A stretch of 64,000 nt of DNA from a virus (lineage: Duplodnaviria; Caudoviricetes): the IMG/VR virus record IMGVR_UViG_3300028888_000052; one strand, 5' to 3'. The notes beneath the pieces are model-generated. The model was not told where the DNA came from. It did not search any database and saw only the letters and a program-made list of their open reading frames with translations. Of the stretch, positions 30,052 through 42,623 are shown one piece after another. Each line of letters begins with the position of its first letter. Within the stretch, counting starts at the first letter, position 1. The position numbers and the translations under genes are program-made.

Positions 30052-30373
30052 TTTTTATGTATTTATTTTTTGAAGATTTATTATTTGTGACTTGTACTAT
30101 TATATCTTTTAATTTCTGTATATAATCTTTATTATCTTCTGGGTATATATCATTATCCACGAAATTCACAAATTCTTGTAATTGATTTTTTAATTCTAAA
30201 TTATCATTTAATAGTAGTTCTAATTCTTTTACATTAAATTTTGTTTTATTATATTCCGCAACTAATGTCAAAAATTCTGATAATTGATTTGGATTGAATT
30301 CAAACCATTTATCTAACATCCAAAATAAATTGTTATCTAATTCTTCTAATATAAATTCATTTAATGTTTTCAT
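30044..30373 (-). CDS. Putative internal head protein
   Basis: MKTLNEFILEE leader. Confidence 0.6.
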   Translation of the reverse strand: MKTLNEFILEELDNNLFWMLDKWFEFNPNQLSEFLTLVAEYNKTKFNVKELELLLNDNLELKNQLQEFVNFVDNDIYPEDNKDYIQKLKDIIVQVTNNKSSKNKYIKKR

Positions 30374-31032
30374 TTTTTATAAACTGCTATTTCACCATCT
30401 TTATTTTTCTTTATATCAAAATACTTTTCATATAATTTTGGTTTAGTATTATATTCTTTAATATTTAATGTCAAACCTTTATAACCTGAAAGTGATTTAA
30501 TTTCTTTAATAACAATGTTGATTAATCCTTCACTAATACCTGAATTAAAATGATTTTTATCTATTTGCATACTTAATATATGGTCATAATCTTTATACTC
30601 TAAAAATTCTGAAGGTCTTTCATATTTATCATGTGTTATAAAGAATAAACAACCATATACATTATCTTTATCTTCAGCAACTGCTATTCTTATTTTATTA
30701 TCATATCCTTTTTCAACAATATCTTTACCTTTATTAAGATTGTTGTTTTTGTAAATCTTCTCTTTTATTTGGTCATATTTATAAATATTATATTCGATTT
30801 TATTTTCTTCTGTATCTTGTTTATCTGAAGATTTTTCTGAAGATGTTTTCGAAGGTTCCAAAGTATGATGCTCTGGTTTTTCTTTTTTCTTTTTCTTGAA
30901 TTTTCCTTTAATCCAACTCCATGCTTTCTTAACACCATCTTTAAATTTTCCTTCATCTATTTGTTCTTCTAACAAGAATTTCAAGTCTTCTTCAATTTGG
31001 TATTTTATTAAATATTCTTTTAAGCTTTCCAT
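30370..31032 (-). CDS. GNAT-fold acetyltransferase-like protein with capsid-targeting-like leader
   Basis: IAVAEDKDNVYGCL...ILSMQIDKNHFNSGISEGLI...LTLNI...KLYEKY. Confidence 0.6.
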   Translation of the reverse strand: MESLKEYLIKYQIEEDLKFLLEEQIDEGKFKDGVKKAWSWIKGKFKKKKKEKPEHHTLEPSKTSSEKSSDKQDTEENKIEYNIYKYDQIKEKIYKNNNLNKGKDIVEKGYDNKIRIAVAEDKDNVYGCLFFITHDKYERPSEFLEYKDYDHILSMQIDKNHFNSGISEGLINIVIKEIKSLSGYKGLTLNIKEYNTKPKLYEKYFDIKKNKDGEIAVYKK

Positions 31033-31709
31033 TATAGTTTATATGTTAATATTTCTTTATTATCTTTCATTGAGGTAAATCCTAATTTTGTTAAGTTTGC
31101 TTTCATTTTAGGATGAAGTGGTTTAGCCGTTATACCATTATAATTTCCATCTTTATTAATAACATGTAAAGCCCAATCATTTAACATAGCTTTTAATACT
31201 GGTGTGCTTTCTTTTACACATAAAGAAGTTTCTATACCAACTAAATGAATAAACCCATCTACATAGTTTATATTTTTATCATACATTATTATACCAACAA
31301 AATATGTAGGATCTATAGAATCTTTTGAAGCTTTTGTTTCTTCTTCATTAGCTTCATTTTTAGTTGTGACTGGTCTGTACCAATATGGTAAACATTCTGG
31401 TTTTAATTCTTTTTCCTCAGTACCATTAGTATCTATAAGATATTTCTTAGGCATTTGTAACATTTGGTTAATTACTGTAAAACCTATGACTTTATCTGAT
31501 ATGATTTTCTTTACAATTTGATCTTTTGAAAAATCTTCAAACTTAAATGTTTGATTATTTTTAGGTTTAGCTAAATTGTCCACATCAACATCTATCGGTT
31601 GAAGTTTGTTATCTTTTATAAGTTGTTGCATTGTATCATAAACTTGCTTCAACCATTTTTCAACTTTAACACCTAAAGACTCATTTATAAACTCTTGTAA
31701 ACGTTTCAC
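31032..31709 (-). CDS. Divergent GNAT-like protein with capsid-targeting-like leader (GTG start)
   Basis: MKRLQEFINES; YFVGIIMY...IHLVGIET...ITAKP...LTKLGF. Confidence 0.45.
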   Translation of the reverse strand: MKRLQEFINESLGVKVEKWLKQVYDTMQQLIKDNKLQPIDVDVDNLAKPKNNQTFKFEDFSKDQIVKKIISDKVIGFTVINQMLQMPKKYLIDTNGTEEKELKPECLPYWYRPVTTKNEANEEETKASKDSIDPTYFVGIIMYDKNINYVDGFIHLVGIETSLCVKESTPVLKAMLNDWALHVINKDGNYNGITAKPLHPKMKANLTKLGFTSMKDNKEILTYKL

Positions 31710-31740
31710 AATTTTAACTTATTTATTATTTAAAAATAAA

Positions 31741-31766
31741 AAAGAGGTAATAATTATTACCTCTTT
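31741..31766. terminator. Terminator hairpin
   Basis: AAAGAGGTAATAA/TTATTACCTCTTT. Confidence 0.7.
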
Positions 31767-31792
31767 CTAATGATTTATTTAATTAAAGATTA

Positions 31793-33082
31793 TTAAATAC
31801 CTGCATAAGTATATGTATAATCATCAATTACTACTGGGATTTTTTCTGCCATTACACGTACAGTTGTTTCATCTACAATTGGGTTAGAAGTAATTATATT
31901 ACCATTTCTTACACCATTTTCAACAGTTGTTAATCTATAACCATTGTATGGTGTAGCTGTAGCACTAGCTTTACCACCTTCTTGTACAACCCTTGAAGAT
32001 GGACTTACATTACAATATGTTCCAACAAATTTTACAGTATATTTTTTAACAGCTGGAGCTGGAGTTTCTTCAACTTCAGTATTAAAGAATAATGTAGTTG
32101 ATGCTGCATCATAATGAATTTCTACTGGTGATACTTGTGATGTTTGATGAGAACAATTACATTCAACATTTGCAATCATATAAGATAAAGATTCAACTGT
32201 ATCATTCAATTTCTTGTTATCAACAAAACCATAGTTATATTTCAATTGAGAAGAAATATTGCTAATTGTTGGTTTATTAACTAAATCATAATAATTACCT
32301 GTTTTTGCAACTTTATGTAAGTTATTAACTTTGTTTTCAACACGAGTAACTCTTGCACCTACAGTATTGATTTGTTGATTTACTGCACCAGAAATATATG
32401 AAAGTTCATCACTAATATATGAAAGTTCATCACCAAGAAGAGAAGCAGCAAAAGCTTCAAATTCATCACGAGTTACATATTTCTCAACACCATTAAATTG
32501 TAATTGGGAATTTACATAATTAGTTACATATTGAGTAATAGTTTGATTACCAATATTCAATTTATTGTTAACAGTATTGAATTTACCATCAACATATTCT
32601 TTAACCGTTTGACCATCTAAACCTTTAAGTTTATCAATCAATGTTCCTAATAATTCAGGGCCACCATCACCAGTTTTAATTTCTTCAATTATATTTTCAA
32701 TAGTTGTCAAGAAACTAGAATCACCAATGTATGATGTAGTTAAAAGATTAACTCTTCTACCAAGACTTGCTAAAGATTTGCCAATTAAGTCAAGCAATTG
32801 TCCAGTAGAAACAATTCCAATTGGTTGTTCTTTACCTTCATTTGCATCATCACTAAATTTGGTAGCTTTTGGTACAAAATTACCATTTTCATCAGTAACT
32901 AAATAATTAAAAGCTAATCCACCCCAGTCAATATCAACGGCATCAATGACAAAAGTATTATTAGCATCATCATCTCTTTTAACTTTAGCACCTACTTTAA
33001 TTTTACCTAGTTTAGCCGCATTCCATTTAGATAAATCAAAATTACTATTTAAAAATTTACCACTATTTCCTGTTAAAGCCAT
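31793..33082 (-). CDS. Fibre-like virion protein
   Basis: Coiled-coil segments, KVAKTGNYYDLVNKP fibre motif, C-terminal Ig/InlB-like beta domain. Confidence 0.55.
   Translation of the reverse strand: MALTGNSGKFLNSNFDLSKWNAAKLGKIKVGAKVKRDDDANNTFVIDAVDIDWGGLAFNYLVTDENGNFVPKATKFSDDANEGKEQPIGIVSTGQLLDLIGKSLASLGRRVNLLTTSYIGDSSFLTTIENIIEEIKTGDGGPELLGTLIDKLKGLDGQTVKEYVDGKFNTVNNKLNIGNQTITQYVTNYVNSQLQFNGVEKYVTRDEFEAFAASLLGDELSYISDELSYISGAVNQQINTVGARVTRVENKVNNLHKVAKTGNYYDLVNKPTISNISSQLKYNYGFVDNKKLNDTVESLSYMIANVECNCSHQTSQVSPVEIHYDAASTTLFFNTEVEETPAPAVKKYTVKFVGTYCNVSPSSRVVQEGGKASATATPYNGYRLTTVENGVRNGNIITSNPIVDETTVRVMAEKIPVVIDDYTYTYAGI
32393..32433. repeat. 20-bp direct repeat, period 21, in frame
   Basis: AATATATGAAAGTTCATCAC x2, encoding DELSYIS-DELSYIS. 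Confidence 0.8.
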
Positions 33083-33112
33083 ATTTTAATATTAATATAT
33101 TTATAATTTAAT

Positions 33113-33982
33113 TTATCTTAAATCCATTGCAACAGTAGAAACCCATGCATGACCATCTGTTCTAAAGATATCATAATTGACACTTGTAGAATATGTTTTA
33201 ACTGTTCCTACTTTAATCCAACCACCTGGGAATGGTGCAGCTTTAGCATCATCTGATGTACTACCGATAAACAACTTAGTTTCAGGATTTACATTCCATG
33301 AAGAAGGAAGAGCTACATATACATAATTTCCATCACTTGTGTTAAATTGTTTTGTAAATGCTGTTTTAGCAGTTCCGTAAGTGGCAAATTTAGTCATCTC
33401 TCCAATATGGAATCCACCTGAAGTATTATTAGAGAATGTTAAGTTAGCATTTGAACTTGAAATAAAACCAACACCAACTTTATTCTTAGCAATTGTATTA
33501 GTAGTTTTTGTTCCAGTAGATTCAACCTTATTAGTTGATGGGTTTGGTATTGTACCATTTAAACGACCAACAGTTGCATTTATTGAAACACCATTAGCTA
33601 AAGTATAACTACCAGTACCTGTCCATTCAGGAGCTGAACCTGTAACAGTAAGAGAAGTACCACCAATTGACATAGTAGGTGTTCCAGTAACTGGTTGCCC
33701 ATTAGTCCAAGCTGTAACTGTAACTGTACCACTTATTGTTTCATCATATTCATAACTAGCACCATTTTTTCCACCAATAGAAAGTACAGCATCTTCCCAA
33801 GCTGGTTTAGTATAAGTAGTTTTAGCTAAAGCAAAACTACCATCATTATTTCTAACCAAAGATATAAAATCACCATTTGAATCTTCGAAAGTAACTGAAT
33901 TATTACTTACAATAGCTGTAGAGTCTTTAATTTGATAATCTTGGTTATTAAAATTAAGTTTATCAACGATCTTTTGTGCCAT
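33113..33982 (-). CDS. Thr/Gly-rich beta-sheet virion protein
   Basis: Composition; GNYVYVALPSSW...YDIFRT C-terminal motif; late strand. Confidence 0.5.
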   Translation of the reverse strand: MAQKIVDKLNFNNQDYQIKDSTAIVSNNSVTFEDSNGDFISLVRNNDGSFALAKTTYTKPAWEDAVLSIGGKNGASYEYDETISGTVTVTAWTNGQPVTGTPTMSIGGTSLTVTGSAPEWTGTGSYTLANGVSINATVGRLNGTIPNPSTNKVESTGTKTTNTIAKNKVGVGFISSSNANLTFSNNTSGGFHIGEMTKFATYGTAKTAFTKQFNTSDGNYVYVALPSSWNVNPETKLFIGSTSDDAKAAPFPGGWIKVGTVKTYSTSVNYDIFRTDGHAWVSTVAMDLR

Positions 33983-34085
33983 ACAAAATAAATATTTATT
34001 TTTATAGTTAAGGATTTCTAATCCATATTTATTAAAAATAATAATATTTCATTAGTAAAAATATATAATTATTTTTTATATTATA

Positions 34086-34127
34086 TTTGAATTTTTTTAA
34101 TTTATTTCTATATTATAAATGTAAAAC
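34086..34127 (+). promoter_or_regulatory. Early phage promoter
   Basis: TTTGAA-N16-CTATATT-ATAAA-TGTAAAAC. Confidence 0.75.
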
Positions 34128-34141
34128 AAATAAATAATTAT

Positions 34142-36237
34142 ATGAGACATACTTATTGCACCAAAGATTATAATAAACTTTCAGAAACTTTCTACATGCG
34201 CCTTTGTGGAACATCCGGTTATAAGACAGCTTATACTATAGATGATGCCATTAAGGAGCTTGGTGATTTTGTTTCTGGTTATAAGAAATATGAAAAAGAT
34301 CGCAATTACTGGTTGAACTTCAAGCCATTTGAGAATGCTAAAGGTCCTAAAGCTTTTGCTAATGCCATTCATTATGGAGAAGTGGAGCATCCTGAGAAGT
34401 CAATTTATATCGAAGGAATGAATACCCAGAAAAATCAGTTTATTGCCCTTGAAAAAGCTCTTATTCGTTTCATTGCTACTCTTTCAGAAAAGGAGCAGAC
34501 TAAGATTATCAAGAAGATTAATACTCGTAAAGCTAAGATGAATTTTTAATATGAATAAAATTTTTACTTTCAAGAAAACTTATATGGGATTGAATTATGA
34601 TATGATTACCGTTAATCTCCCATTAACTGTTAAAATATGTTCAAACAATCCTAATCAAAATGAAATGGATTTGGCTACACATTCACTTATTTCTGATATA
34701 ATTGAAGGTGTTGTTAGAGAAGAATTGGTTCAAAGGAATTTTGATGGGATTTGTTATCATACTTTTGAATTTTTGAAAGATATGTATGATAATATTAATG
34801 CTAATTTTAAGATTAGTGGAGTATTAAAGCCTCTTGAATATTATGTGGTAGATATTTATATCGGTGATGAAAAGATTACTGATGAGGCAAATTATATATT
34901 GAATATGAACAAGTATTTTGAAAACTCTAAATATTAAGATATGTATCATTTCGTAAAATTCAACAAGACTTGGTATCTTAAGCCTGAATGTCTACAGGAT
35001 GTAATTGATCATTTTAATAAGATCTGTGGTCGAGAGTTCAAAGAAGGATTTGAAGATTATAAAGATAATGTAAGTATTCGAACTAGTTCAGTTGATGGAC
35101 ACAAATATCTGTATAGTCGTAATCATTCAAGTTCTCATTGGCGTAATGCAGTTGAGTTGGAAATGCAAATGAAAGATAAGAGTTGGGTTGAAGCTGCATG
35201 TTCACTTGAGGATAGAACATATAGAGATAGAATTGAAAGATTCCTTTCAGGTAAGCCTATTTATCTTTTAAATAGTCTTGCATATAGTCCTTTTAAGGAG
35301 CATCCTGAGTATGATGAAGAAAAATGGGTCGAGGAACTTGTTTATCCTTTCGAATATAACTATGATGAAGTAAGGTTTATCAGGTGGCCAGAAGGACGTC
35401 ATTGGTATATAAAGATTGGAAATATCGATATTTGTGATAAGTGGGGAAATTACAAATTCTATGATAAATCTTATGCACAGGAAGTTGCAAAGAAATGGTG
35501 TGAATGTGGAGGTAATTGGAATATCGATAAAGATTTTGATGTATGAATGAAGTAAATAGATTTGTATGTTTTATGTGGCACGAAATTTCAGAAGTGCCCA
35601 AAGAGCTAGATGAACCAGTTATAATTCTTACAGAAAATAATAGAATAGTAACTTTTGCTAATACTAGGTTACATCCTGGTAAAAAAAGCGAAAATAAATC
35701 TCGGTGGGGAAGATGTTCATATAAAGGAAAATATTGGGTTTATCAAAAGGAATTATATAATATATGAAAAGAATTTTATTTGTATTAGCTATTTGTATTT
35801 TATTTGTAACAAGTTGTGGAGAAAAAAGAGTACCTGTCCCTGATGATAGATATCCTATGGAAATGACACCACAAGAGTTTTTTGACTATAAAATTAGGAA
35901 ATCAGAAATAGTTGATAGTGCTGGTCATATGTATTATTTTTATGAGAGTGGTACACGAGGAAGTCGAACTTATGCATTTGATCTAGAGCATAGAATGGAT
36001 TGCAAAGCTTGTTTAGATATTTTTGACTAATAATTATTTAAAGAAATTGATATGAATAAAGTAGTTAAAATCTTGATTGAACGTGATGAGATTGATCGTG
36101 AAACAGCTGAAGCTATTGTACGTGAAACTCGTGATGAACTTTTGAATCTTGAAAATCCATTTGAGGCAGATGATGTGATGAGGGATTATCTTGGGTTGGA
36201 GCCAGATTATATTTTTGACGTATTAGATATGGTTTAA
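34142..36237 (+). other. Array of small hypothetical early genes (34142-34549, 34551-34937, 34941-35546, 35543-35767, 35764-36030, 36052-36237)
   Basis: Tightly packed ORFs; 35764 has a lipobox (FVTSC). Confidence 0.55.
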
Positions 36238-36303
36238 TACTATATTTTATTTAAAATTGTAAATAATTTCATACATAATATAATTTACAAAATCACATAT
36301 AAT

Positions 36304-36690
36304 ATGGGAAAGGTTGTTGTAAATGGGAGAGTTTATAATACTCCTGATGGTGCGAGTGTTTCAGTTATAAATAATAAAGTTTATGTAGATGGTAAACTTT
36401 ATGAAGATTTTTCTGAAAGTAAAGAGAAAAATATTAAAATCACAATTGAAGGTGATATCCAAGCTGTAAAGCTAGATTGTGGTGATATTACAGTACATGG
36501 TAATGCTAATAGTGTTACTGGAGTAAATGGTGATATTAAAATCAATGGTGATGTAGCAGGTAATGTAAAGACTACTAATGGTGATATTTCTGCTCATTCC
36601 ATTAAAGGTGATGCTAAAACAATCTCTGGGGATATTTCAAATCGTAAAGATAGGTGGTTTAATAATATTGTAGAACATATATTTGACTAA
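36304..36690 (+). CDS. DUF4097/adhesin-like beta-solenoid repeat protein
   Basis: Repeated T..GDI.I.G.V units. Confidence 0.6.
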   Translation: MGKVVVNGRVYNTPDGASVSVINNKVYVDGKLYEDFSESKEKNIKITIEGDIQAVKLDCGDITVHGNANSVTGVNGDIKINGDVAGNVKTTNGDISAHSIKGDAKTISGDISNRKDRWFNNIVEHIFD

Positions 36691-36832
36691 TTATGGTTAC
36701 AAAACAAGATGTTAAAAATGTTCGTAATTTTTTAAACAAATTTAATACAAAAATGGACGTAGCTATTTCTGATGATGTTTTGAATTCAATTGAAAACATG
36801 GTAGCTGATTATGAATTTAAATATAATATGTA

Positions 36833-38971
36833 ATGACTGCAAAAGAGTTTAGACAAGTACTTCAGTATTTTTGTTGTAGATGGTCAAAGGGAGAATGTAA
36901 TTTAGTTATTAATGGTTCTGATTTTGATCCAGAAAAATGGAAGTATAGCCTTGGTGATCATATGTGGAAGAAATGGGAATTGGCATGTGAAAACCATCAT
37001 GGACCATTGGATTGCATTACATCTTATATTCTTGAAGGAATGGATGATGAAAATCTACAAAAGATAATTAATAGAACTAATGAACTATATAATAAATAAC
37101 TATGAGTTACAATAATGATAAAAAGAACAAAGAAAATGATAATGAAGGCTTAGGTCTTTATTTGAATCATGAAGGTATTAAGTTTGGATATGGACTTGGT
37201 AGTGGGGTCCATATTGATAGTGATGGATTTCATTTTGGTGGTTTGAAACTATGAAACAAACATTAATTTTTATCTTTGGTATACTAATGTTATCTGCATG
37301 CAATAAAGCAGATAGAATTGATCATCAAGATGATAAATACATTTATGTATGGCAATATGATAATGATGACTCAACTTTAGTTAAGTTTAATCAACCAGTT
37401 ATTAAAGAACTTAAAGTTATGGGTGGTCATCATAAACATCATCATATTAGAGTGGATTTGCATGATAATGGTAATTATGATTGTTGTAGATTACCTTCTG
37501 ATGGTAGTATAGATAGATGTGAAACTGTTCATAAAGCTCAAGCAGCATGGTCTAAAGGTACACCAATTATTGGTATTTTCCGAGAACAGTTTTATCCAAC
37601 ACATAGGTTTTATTTTATAAGATATAAATAATATGAGTGATTTTGCTAATAAAAGTTATGAAGATCGTATCAAAGACATTAAAGATAACCTTTACGTTGG
37701 TGGAGGTGAAGGACAGGCAAATATTCTTCTTAATGTCATGATGAGTTCTTTTAGTCAGCGTGAATTTACTGGTCATTCTGATATTTCTGTAGATAATGTA
37801 CTTTCAAATATCTCTCAGGAGATGAAGCATCTTAAGCGAGTAGTTAGAGATGGTGGAATTGTTCCTATTAAGTTTTTTGAAAGTCAATTCAAAGGAAGTA
37901 TTAGACAACATGATTGTTATGCGTGTCTTGATACTAATTTGAAATTTTGTGTAAAACATTATGGAGAAAAAGATTGGAATAATATCCTTTATGTATTTCC
38001 ATATATGAATTCAATGACCGCATTTGATGTGAGTTTTAAAAATGAAAATATTCACCAGTCAGATTTATCAATTTAACTGTTATGGAAATTAAATTACAAA
38101 CAAATATTATATCAAATGATCCTTGCATGGCTTGTCCTCCAAGGCCAAAAGTAGATGTATTTATTGAAGGATTCAACCAATTATGCCAAGCGTGTGGAAT
38201 GAATAATATTACTACATATAAATTGATATATAATGGTGGTGCAAAAATTCCTACAGTATTAAATTTTGATGATGGGACATCTATAGGTATATCAAAATTA
38301 TTTGATGAATGTGGGTTTAAAATTTTAGAAACATAATATGAAAGATAGATATGTATTAAAGTGTACAGCTATCAAAGATAGTAATACATATGGATTCAAA
38401 GTTGGTGATGTTTTCTATTTTAATAGAGAAGCAACTCAAATGAGATGTTTGCATTATAAACAGAATCCTTATAAGCCATTGGTAACATATTATAACTCTT
38501 GTATACCATTTACTTCTAATATTGATTCTGCAAAGATTTGGCAAAAACCATCTTATGCTAAAGAATTAATACCTATTATTGAGAAGGTTGGGCATTTTAA
38601 ATGCAAGATTATAAGAGTAAAATTAATAGAAATTGACGATGATTGAAAAAATATATTCTATTCAATTAGAAGAGCAATCTGAATATCATTTAAAAATTAG
38701 AGACTATTTTATAAATAAATATGGGATGCCACATTCATTAGCTCCTAAGATTATTTATAGAAATACTACTAATGAACATGGTAGTTTTCCATCAGATAAT
38801 TATATAGATGAATATCTTATTAATGAAAAACTTTTAGGATTTGCATATTTTCGCCGTAATGAATATAATCTTTGTGATGTATTTATAATTGATTTAGATT
38901 TATCTATTCCAGAAGATTGGTATAATGAAAATAAAGTTTTTGAAATAGAAGTATGTACGACTTATCGATAA
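36833..38971 (+). other. Array of small hypothetical early genes (36833-37099, 37251-37631, 37633-38076, 38082-38336, 38338-38646, 38633-38971)
   Basis: Co-oriented ORFs; 37251 has a lipobox (MLSAC). Confidence 0.55.
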
Positions 38972-39256
38972 TTACTGATGCAGATATAGCAAGAGCTGAA
39001 AGATATAAAATGTGGTGTGGCGGTAATGCTTATATTCCACCACAAGATATAGTATTGTATGAACGTAGTTATAAAAAAATATGTAAATGAATATGGAGGA
39101 AAAAATGATTTATTGTAGGGCTACTGATACATTAAAATGCCCTAAATGTGGTTCTAAGAAAATTTATGTTAAGTCAGGTATGATGACTGATTTATATATT
39201 TGCCAAGAATGTGGATTCGAAGCAAGGGATTTGGAAGATGAAAAAATTAAATAATA

Positions 39257-39297
39257 TTTGAATTTTTATATACAATATCTATATTAAATATGTAAAA
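39257..39297 (+). promoter_or_regulatory. Early phage promoter
   Basis: TTTGAA-N16-CTATATT-AAATA-TGTAAAA. Confidence 0.7.
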
Positions 39298-39307
39298 GAT
39301 AAATTAT

Positions 39308-39856
39308 ATGGAAAAAATTCTTTATATTTATGGATATGGTTCAAATCCATGGGATTCTTCAACAAAGGAAGTTGTAAAAGAAGTTGTAGAAGAATTAGGT
39401 TTTGAATTAGTTTCAATTGAATATGACCAGGAAGATCCAGATATGGGTTTGACCATGCTTGAAAAATATATTAGAGATCATAAAATAAAATATGTAATTG
39501 GGCATTCTCTTGGTGGATTTATGACACTTTGTCTTAATTCTAATGTAAAGAAGATTGTTATTAATCCATGTATGAAGCCACAGTTTGAACTCCCAAAGCT
39601 TGGTGATTTTACTGATGAAACTATTTATAATTATGAAGCTCTTGAAGAGTGGCTCCGAAGTGGAGATGATACACCATGGGTAAATCAGTCAGATGATGTT
39701 ATGGGGTTATTTGGGGATAGAGATGAGTTATTTAGCTTCTATGAATCATTTAAGAAAAGATACCCAAGATCATATTACATTAAGTCATTCCATCGCCCTA
39801 CAAAAGAATCATTTACCGAAGATATTAAAACAAAAATAAAGGAGTTCTTTAGTTAG
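39308..39856 (+). CDS. Alpha/beta hydrolase, YqiA/UPF0227 esterase-like
   Basis: ILYIYGYGS, VIGHSLGG, VINP, GDRDE, H. Confidence 0.8.
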   Translation: MEKILYIYGYGSNPWDSSTKEVVKEVVEELGFELVSIEYDQEDPDMGLTMLEKYIRDHKIKYVIGHSLGGFMTLCLNSNVKKIVINPCMKPQFELPKLGDFTDETIYNYEALEEWLRSGDDTPWVNQSDDVMGLFGDRDELFSFYESFKKRYPRSYYIKSFHRPTKESFTEDIKTKIKEFFS

Positions 39857-39864
39857 AACTCCTT
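39839..39864. terminator. Bidirectional terminator
   Basis: AAGGAGTTCT-ttagtt-AGAACTCCTT spanning the convergent stops. Confidence 0.7.
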
Positions 39865-40504
39865 ATTTATTTTCTAATAATTTTGAATCTGTTTTATCAT
39901 CAGCATCATATTTACGAGCTAATTCTTTAAGTTTTTGACGTACTTGTTCAGGAACATCTACTTTACCTTTTGGGTTACCCATCATAAGTTTTGTATGTGG
40001 GTGTCCTCCTATCTTTCTTGTATAATAATATCCATCAGGTTTAATTTCTAAAAATTCTTTATCTTTCATAATTTCCTGGGCAATTTCTGCTTTAACTGGC
40101 ATAGCACCTTGATTGAACATCGTAGAAACTGCTTTTCCAGAATATTCGCCCCATGCTTGTCTATCCGGTAATAAATTATCTTCAACCATTATTTTCTTAA
40201 GTGATTGTACTCCTAATTCAGTTCCATCTGTTCCAGCATAACAAGCTTTTCTTCCACCTCTTTTATTATTATAAACAATACAAGCAACTATCTTTCCTTC
40301 TTTTCTAACTAATTTCCAAAGAGTTGTTTCATTCATTAATTGTTCCACAGAATCCATACCTGCCATACCGCCACAATATTCATATGATTTTGTTAATATT
40401 TTCCAAACATCATTTGCATATTGTTTCATTTGGTCTTGATTATGACAATTAACAAATCTTTCACATATTAATTGTTCATTTATAAACTTTGATATATTCT
40501 TCAT
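39863..40504 (-). CDS. Putative internal head protein, possibly GNAT-like
   Basis: MKNISKFINEQ leader; VWKILTKSY..CGG, WKLVRKEGKIVACIVY, AWGEYSG. Confidence 0.55.
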   Translation of the reverse strand: MKNISKFINEQLICERFVNCHNQDQMKQYANDVWKILTKSYEYCGGMAGMDSVEQLMNETTLWKLVRKEGKIVACIVYNNKRGGRKACYAGTDGTELGVQSLKKIMVEDNLLPDRQAWGEYSGKAVSTMFNQGAMPVKAEIAQEIMKDKEFLEIKPDGYYYTRKIGGHPHTKLMMGNPKGKVDVPEQVRQKLKELARKYDADDKTDSKLLENK

Positions 40505-40554
40505 CTACAATTTAAGTTTAATTATATAAAAATAATATTTTATTTTATTTGTTT

Positions 40555-40593
40555 TTTGAATTTTTTAAATATTATTCTATTTTATAATTGTAA
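40555..40593 (+). promoter_or_regulatory. Early phage promoter
   Basis: TTTGAA-N16-CTATTTT-ATAAT-TGTAA. Confidence 0.7.
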
Positions 40594-40598
40594 TTTAA

Positions 40599-42576
40599 TT
40601 GATTATAAATATGAAATACATCATCAAAAATCTTGAGACAGGTGAATATTTGCGACAGGGTGATATGTTCTTTATTTGGACCCCTGATATTTATTATGCA
40701 AAGGTTTTCAAAGGTTTGAAAGGTGCACAGAATACTTTGAAGAAAATTGTTAATTCAGATATTCGTTTTGATAATCTATCGGTTGAATACAAGATTTTTG
40801 GAATTGAAATGAAAGAAGTGGAGGTAGCATAATGGTTACAAAAGAAGATTTCCTCAAATATTATAAAGTACAGATGAGTGGTAAGTACAATATGATAATG
40901 CAAATGTCAGAAGTACTTGTGGAAGCTGGAATTAATTATCATACATATATTGAAATAATTTCTAATTATAAAAAATATTACAATAAGTATGTTGGTTCAA
41001 ACTAAGACATTCTATAATGCGGTAATTGATGGTGATTTATTTTTCACTATTTATGATTACCTTCGTTTCAACCCATCAGCAGCTTTGAATGATTATAAAA
41101 TTCGGACTACTAACGATTTTGATAATCTTTCATTAGAAGATTGGGGAGATCTTGCTGAAGATGCAATTTTTTGGTTAGAGCATTACCAATTACCTGAAGT
41201 AAAGATGCTTGATGATATTGCCCCTTCTATGGACACCTGGGGAACTCTTTATTATCAAACAGTAAATTATATAAGTATTAAAGAGGTTGGGCAACCTACA
41301 TTACACAGCCGCGACCTGAATGGCATTGTAAAGGCATGCATCAATTGTATTGAATATCTTAAGGAAAAAAGATTTGAGATTCGTGAAGTAACTGATGAAG
41401 ATTTGAAAAATATATGATTCAATTTGAGTTAAAAGATTTAGAAACTGGTAAGGAATACATTGTTGCCTATCATAAAGGAGAGCGATGGATTCCTTGTGTT
41501 GTTAAAGTAGTTAAGGAATATACTGTAAGATTTGTTCGTCCTAAAACCCAAACACATTCTCCTTTAGAGTTTGATAAGGAATATTCTATTAAAGATTTTT
41601 ATCATGAACATAGAGGAATAGATTTGTTTGGTAATAAATTTAGGATGTTAAATACATTTGAAACATTTGGTATTGCCCAAGCTTGGTGTGATTTTGAAAA
41701 GGCTATTTGTGATTTTAAGGATGAAAACCCATTTTAAATATGTGTAAATTTTGTGATTCTCTAAAAGAAAAATCATTAGTTTCTTACAACAATCGTAAGA
41801 ATATGGATATTTATTGTGGACAATATCAAGGAGTCAATGTATATGGTACAGTCTACATGAAAGGTAATATGCTATCTATAGGATGCAGTGGTTCATATAG
41901 GTCACGTTTTGATTGTTATTATGAAGATGAAGGCCTTGAATGTGATAATGAAAATGCATATGATTCAAAGAATAGTTATATTCATATTCAATATTGTCCA
42001 TTTTGTGGCCGAAAATTAGAAGACCATACTTATGAAAAGCAAAAGACAAATGATGATCTTAAAAAATTAAAAGAAAAACTTAAATGGCTAGAACAAGATT
42101 TAAGGGATTATAGTCTTGTTGTTGTTTGTGATTGGTTTTGTAATAAAAGGATATTGCATAATGTGGAAATATGGCCAGGAAAATTGGGAGACAGAACGGA
42201 ATATGATTATATTGAATATAAAAATGATTCACCTTTGACATTTAACCAAATTTCTGAAAAATTTCCTAAAGTATCTTTAAAAGTATATTATGGACGTCCA
42301 CAAAAAGACTGGAATAAATATATTAGAGCAAAATTGCCATTATTTACATTTAATACAAAAATAAAGTCTAATGGATATTATTCCGGTGAATATTCATCAT
42401 GTGATTATGTATTAACTGATGAAATGTATTTTAAATTGGTTGAATTAGGATATATTAAACATAATAAAGAGAAATATGATGATTTGAAAAAAGAACAAGA
42501 AATTATTACGAAAGATATAATAAATGTTAAAAAGAATATTAAAAAACTTGAACATTATTTGAAAACTCTTAAATAA
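40599..42576 (+). other. Hypothetical early genes (40599-40832, 40989-41417, 41414-41737, 41740-42576)
   Basis: Co-oriented ORFs; 41740 has CKFC...YCPFCGRKL Zn motifs. Confidence 0.55.
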
Positions 42577-42623
42577 TAATTAATTTTTTTCTATATTGTA
42601 TTATTAAAATAAAAAAGATAATA

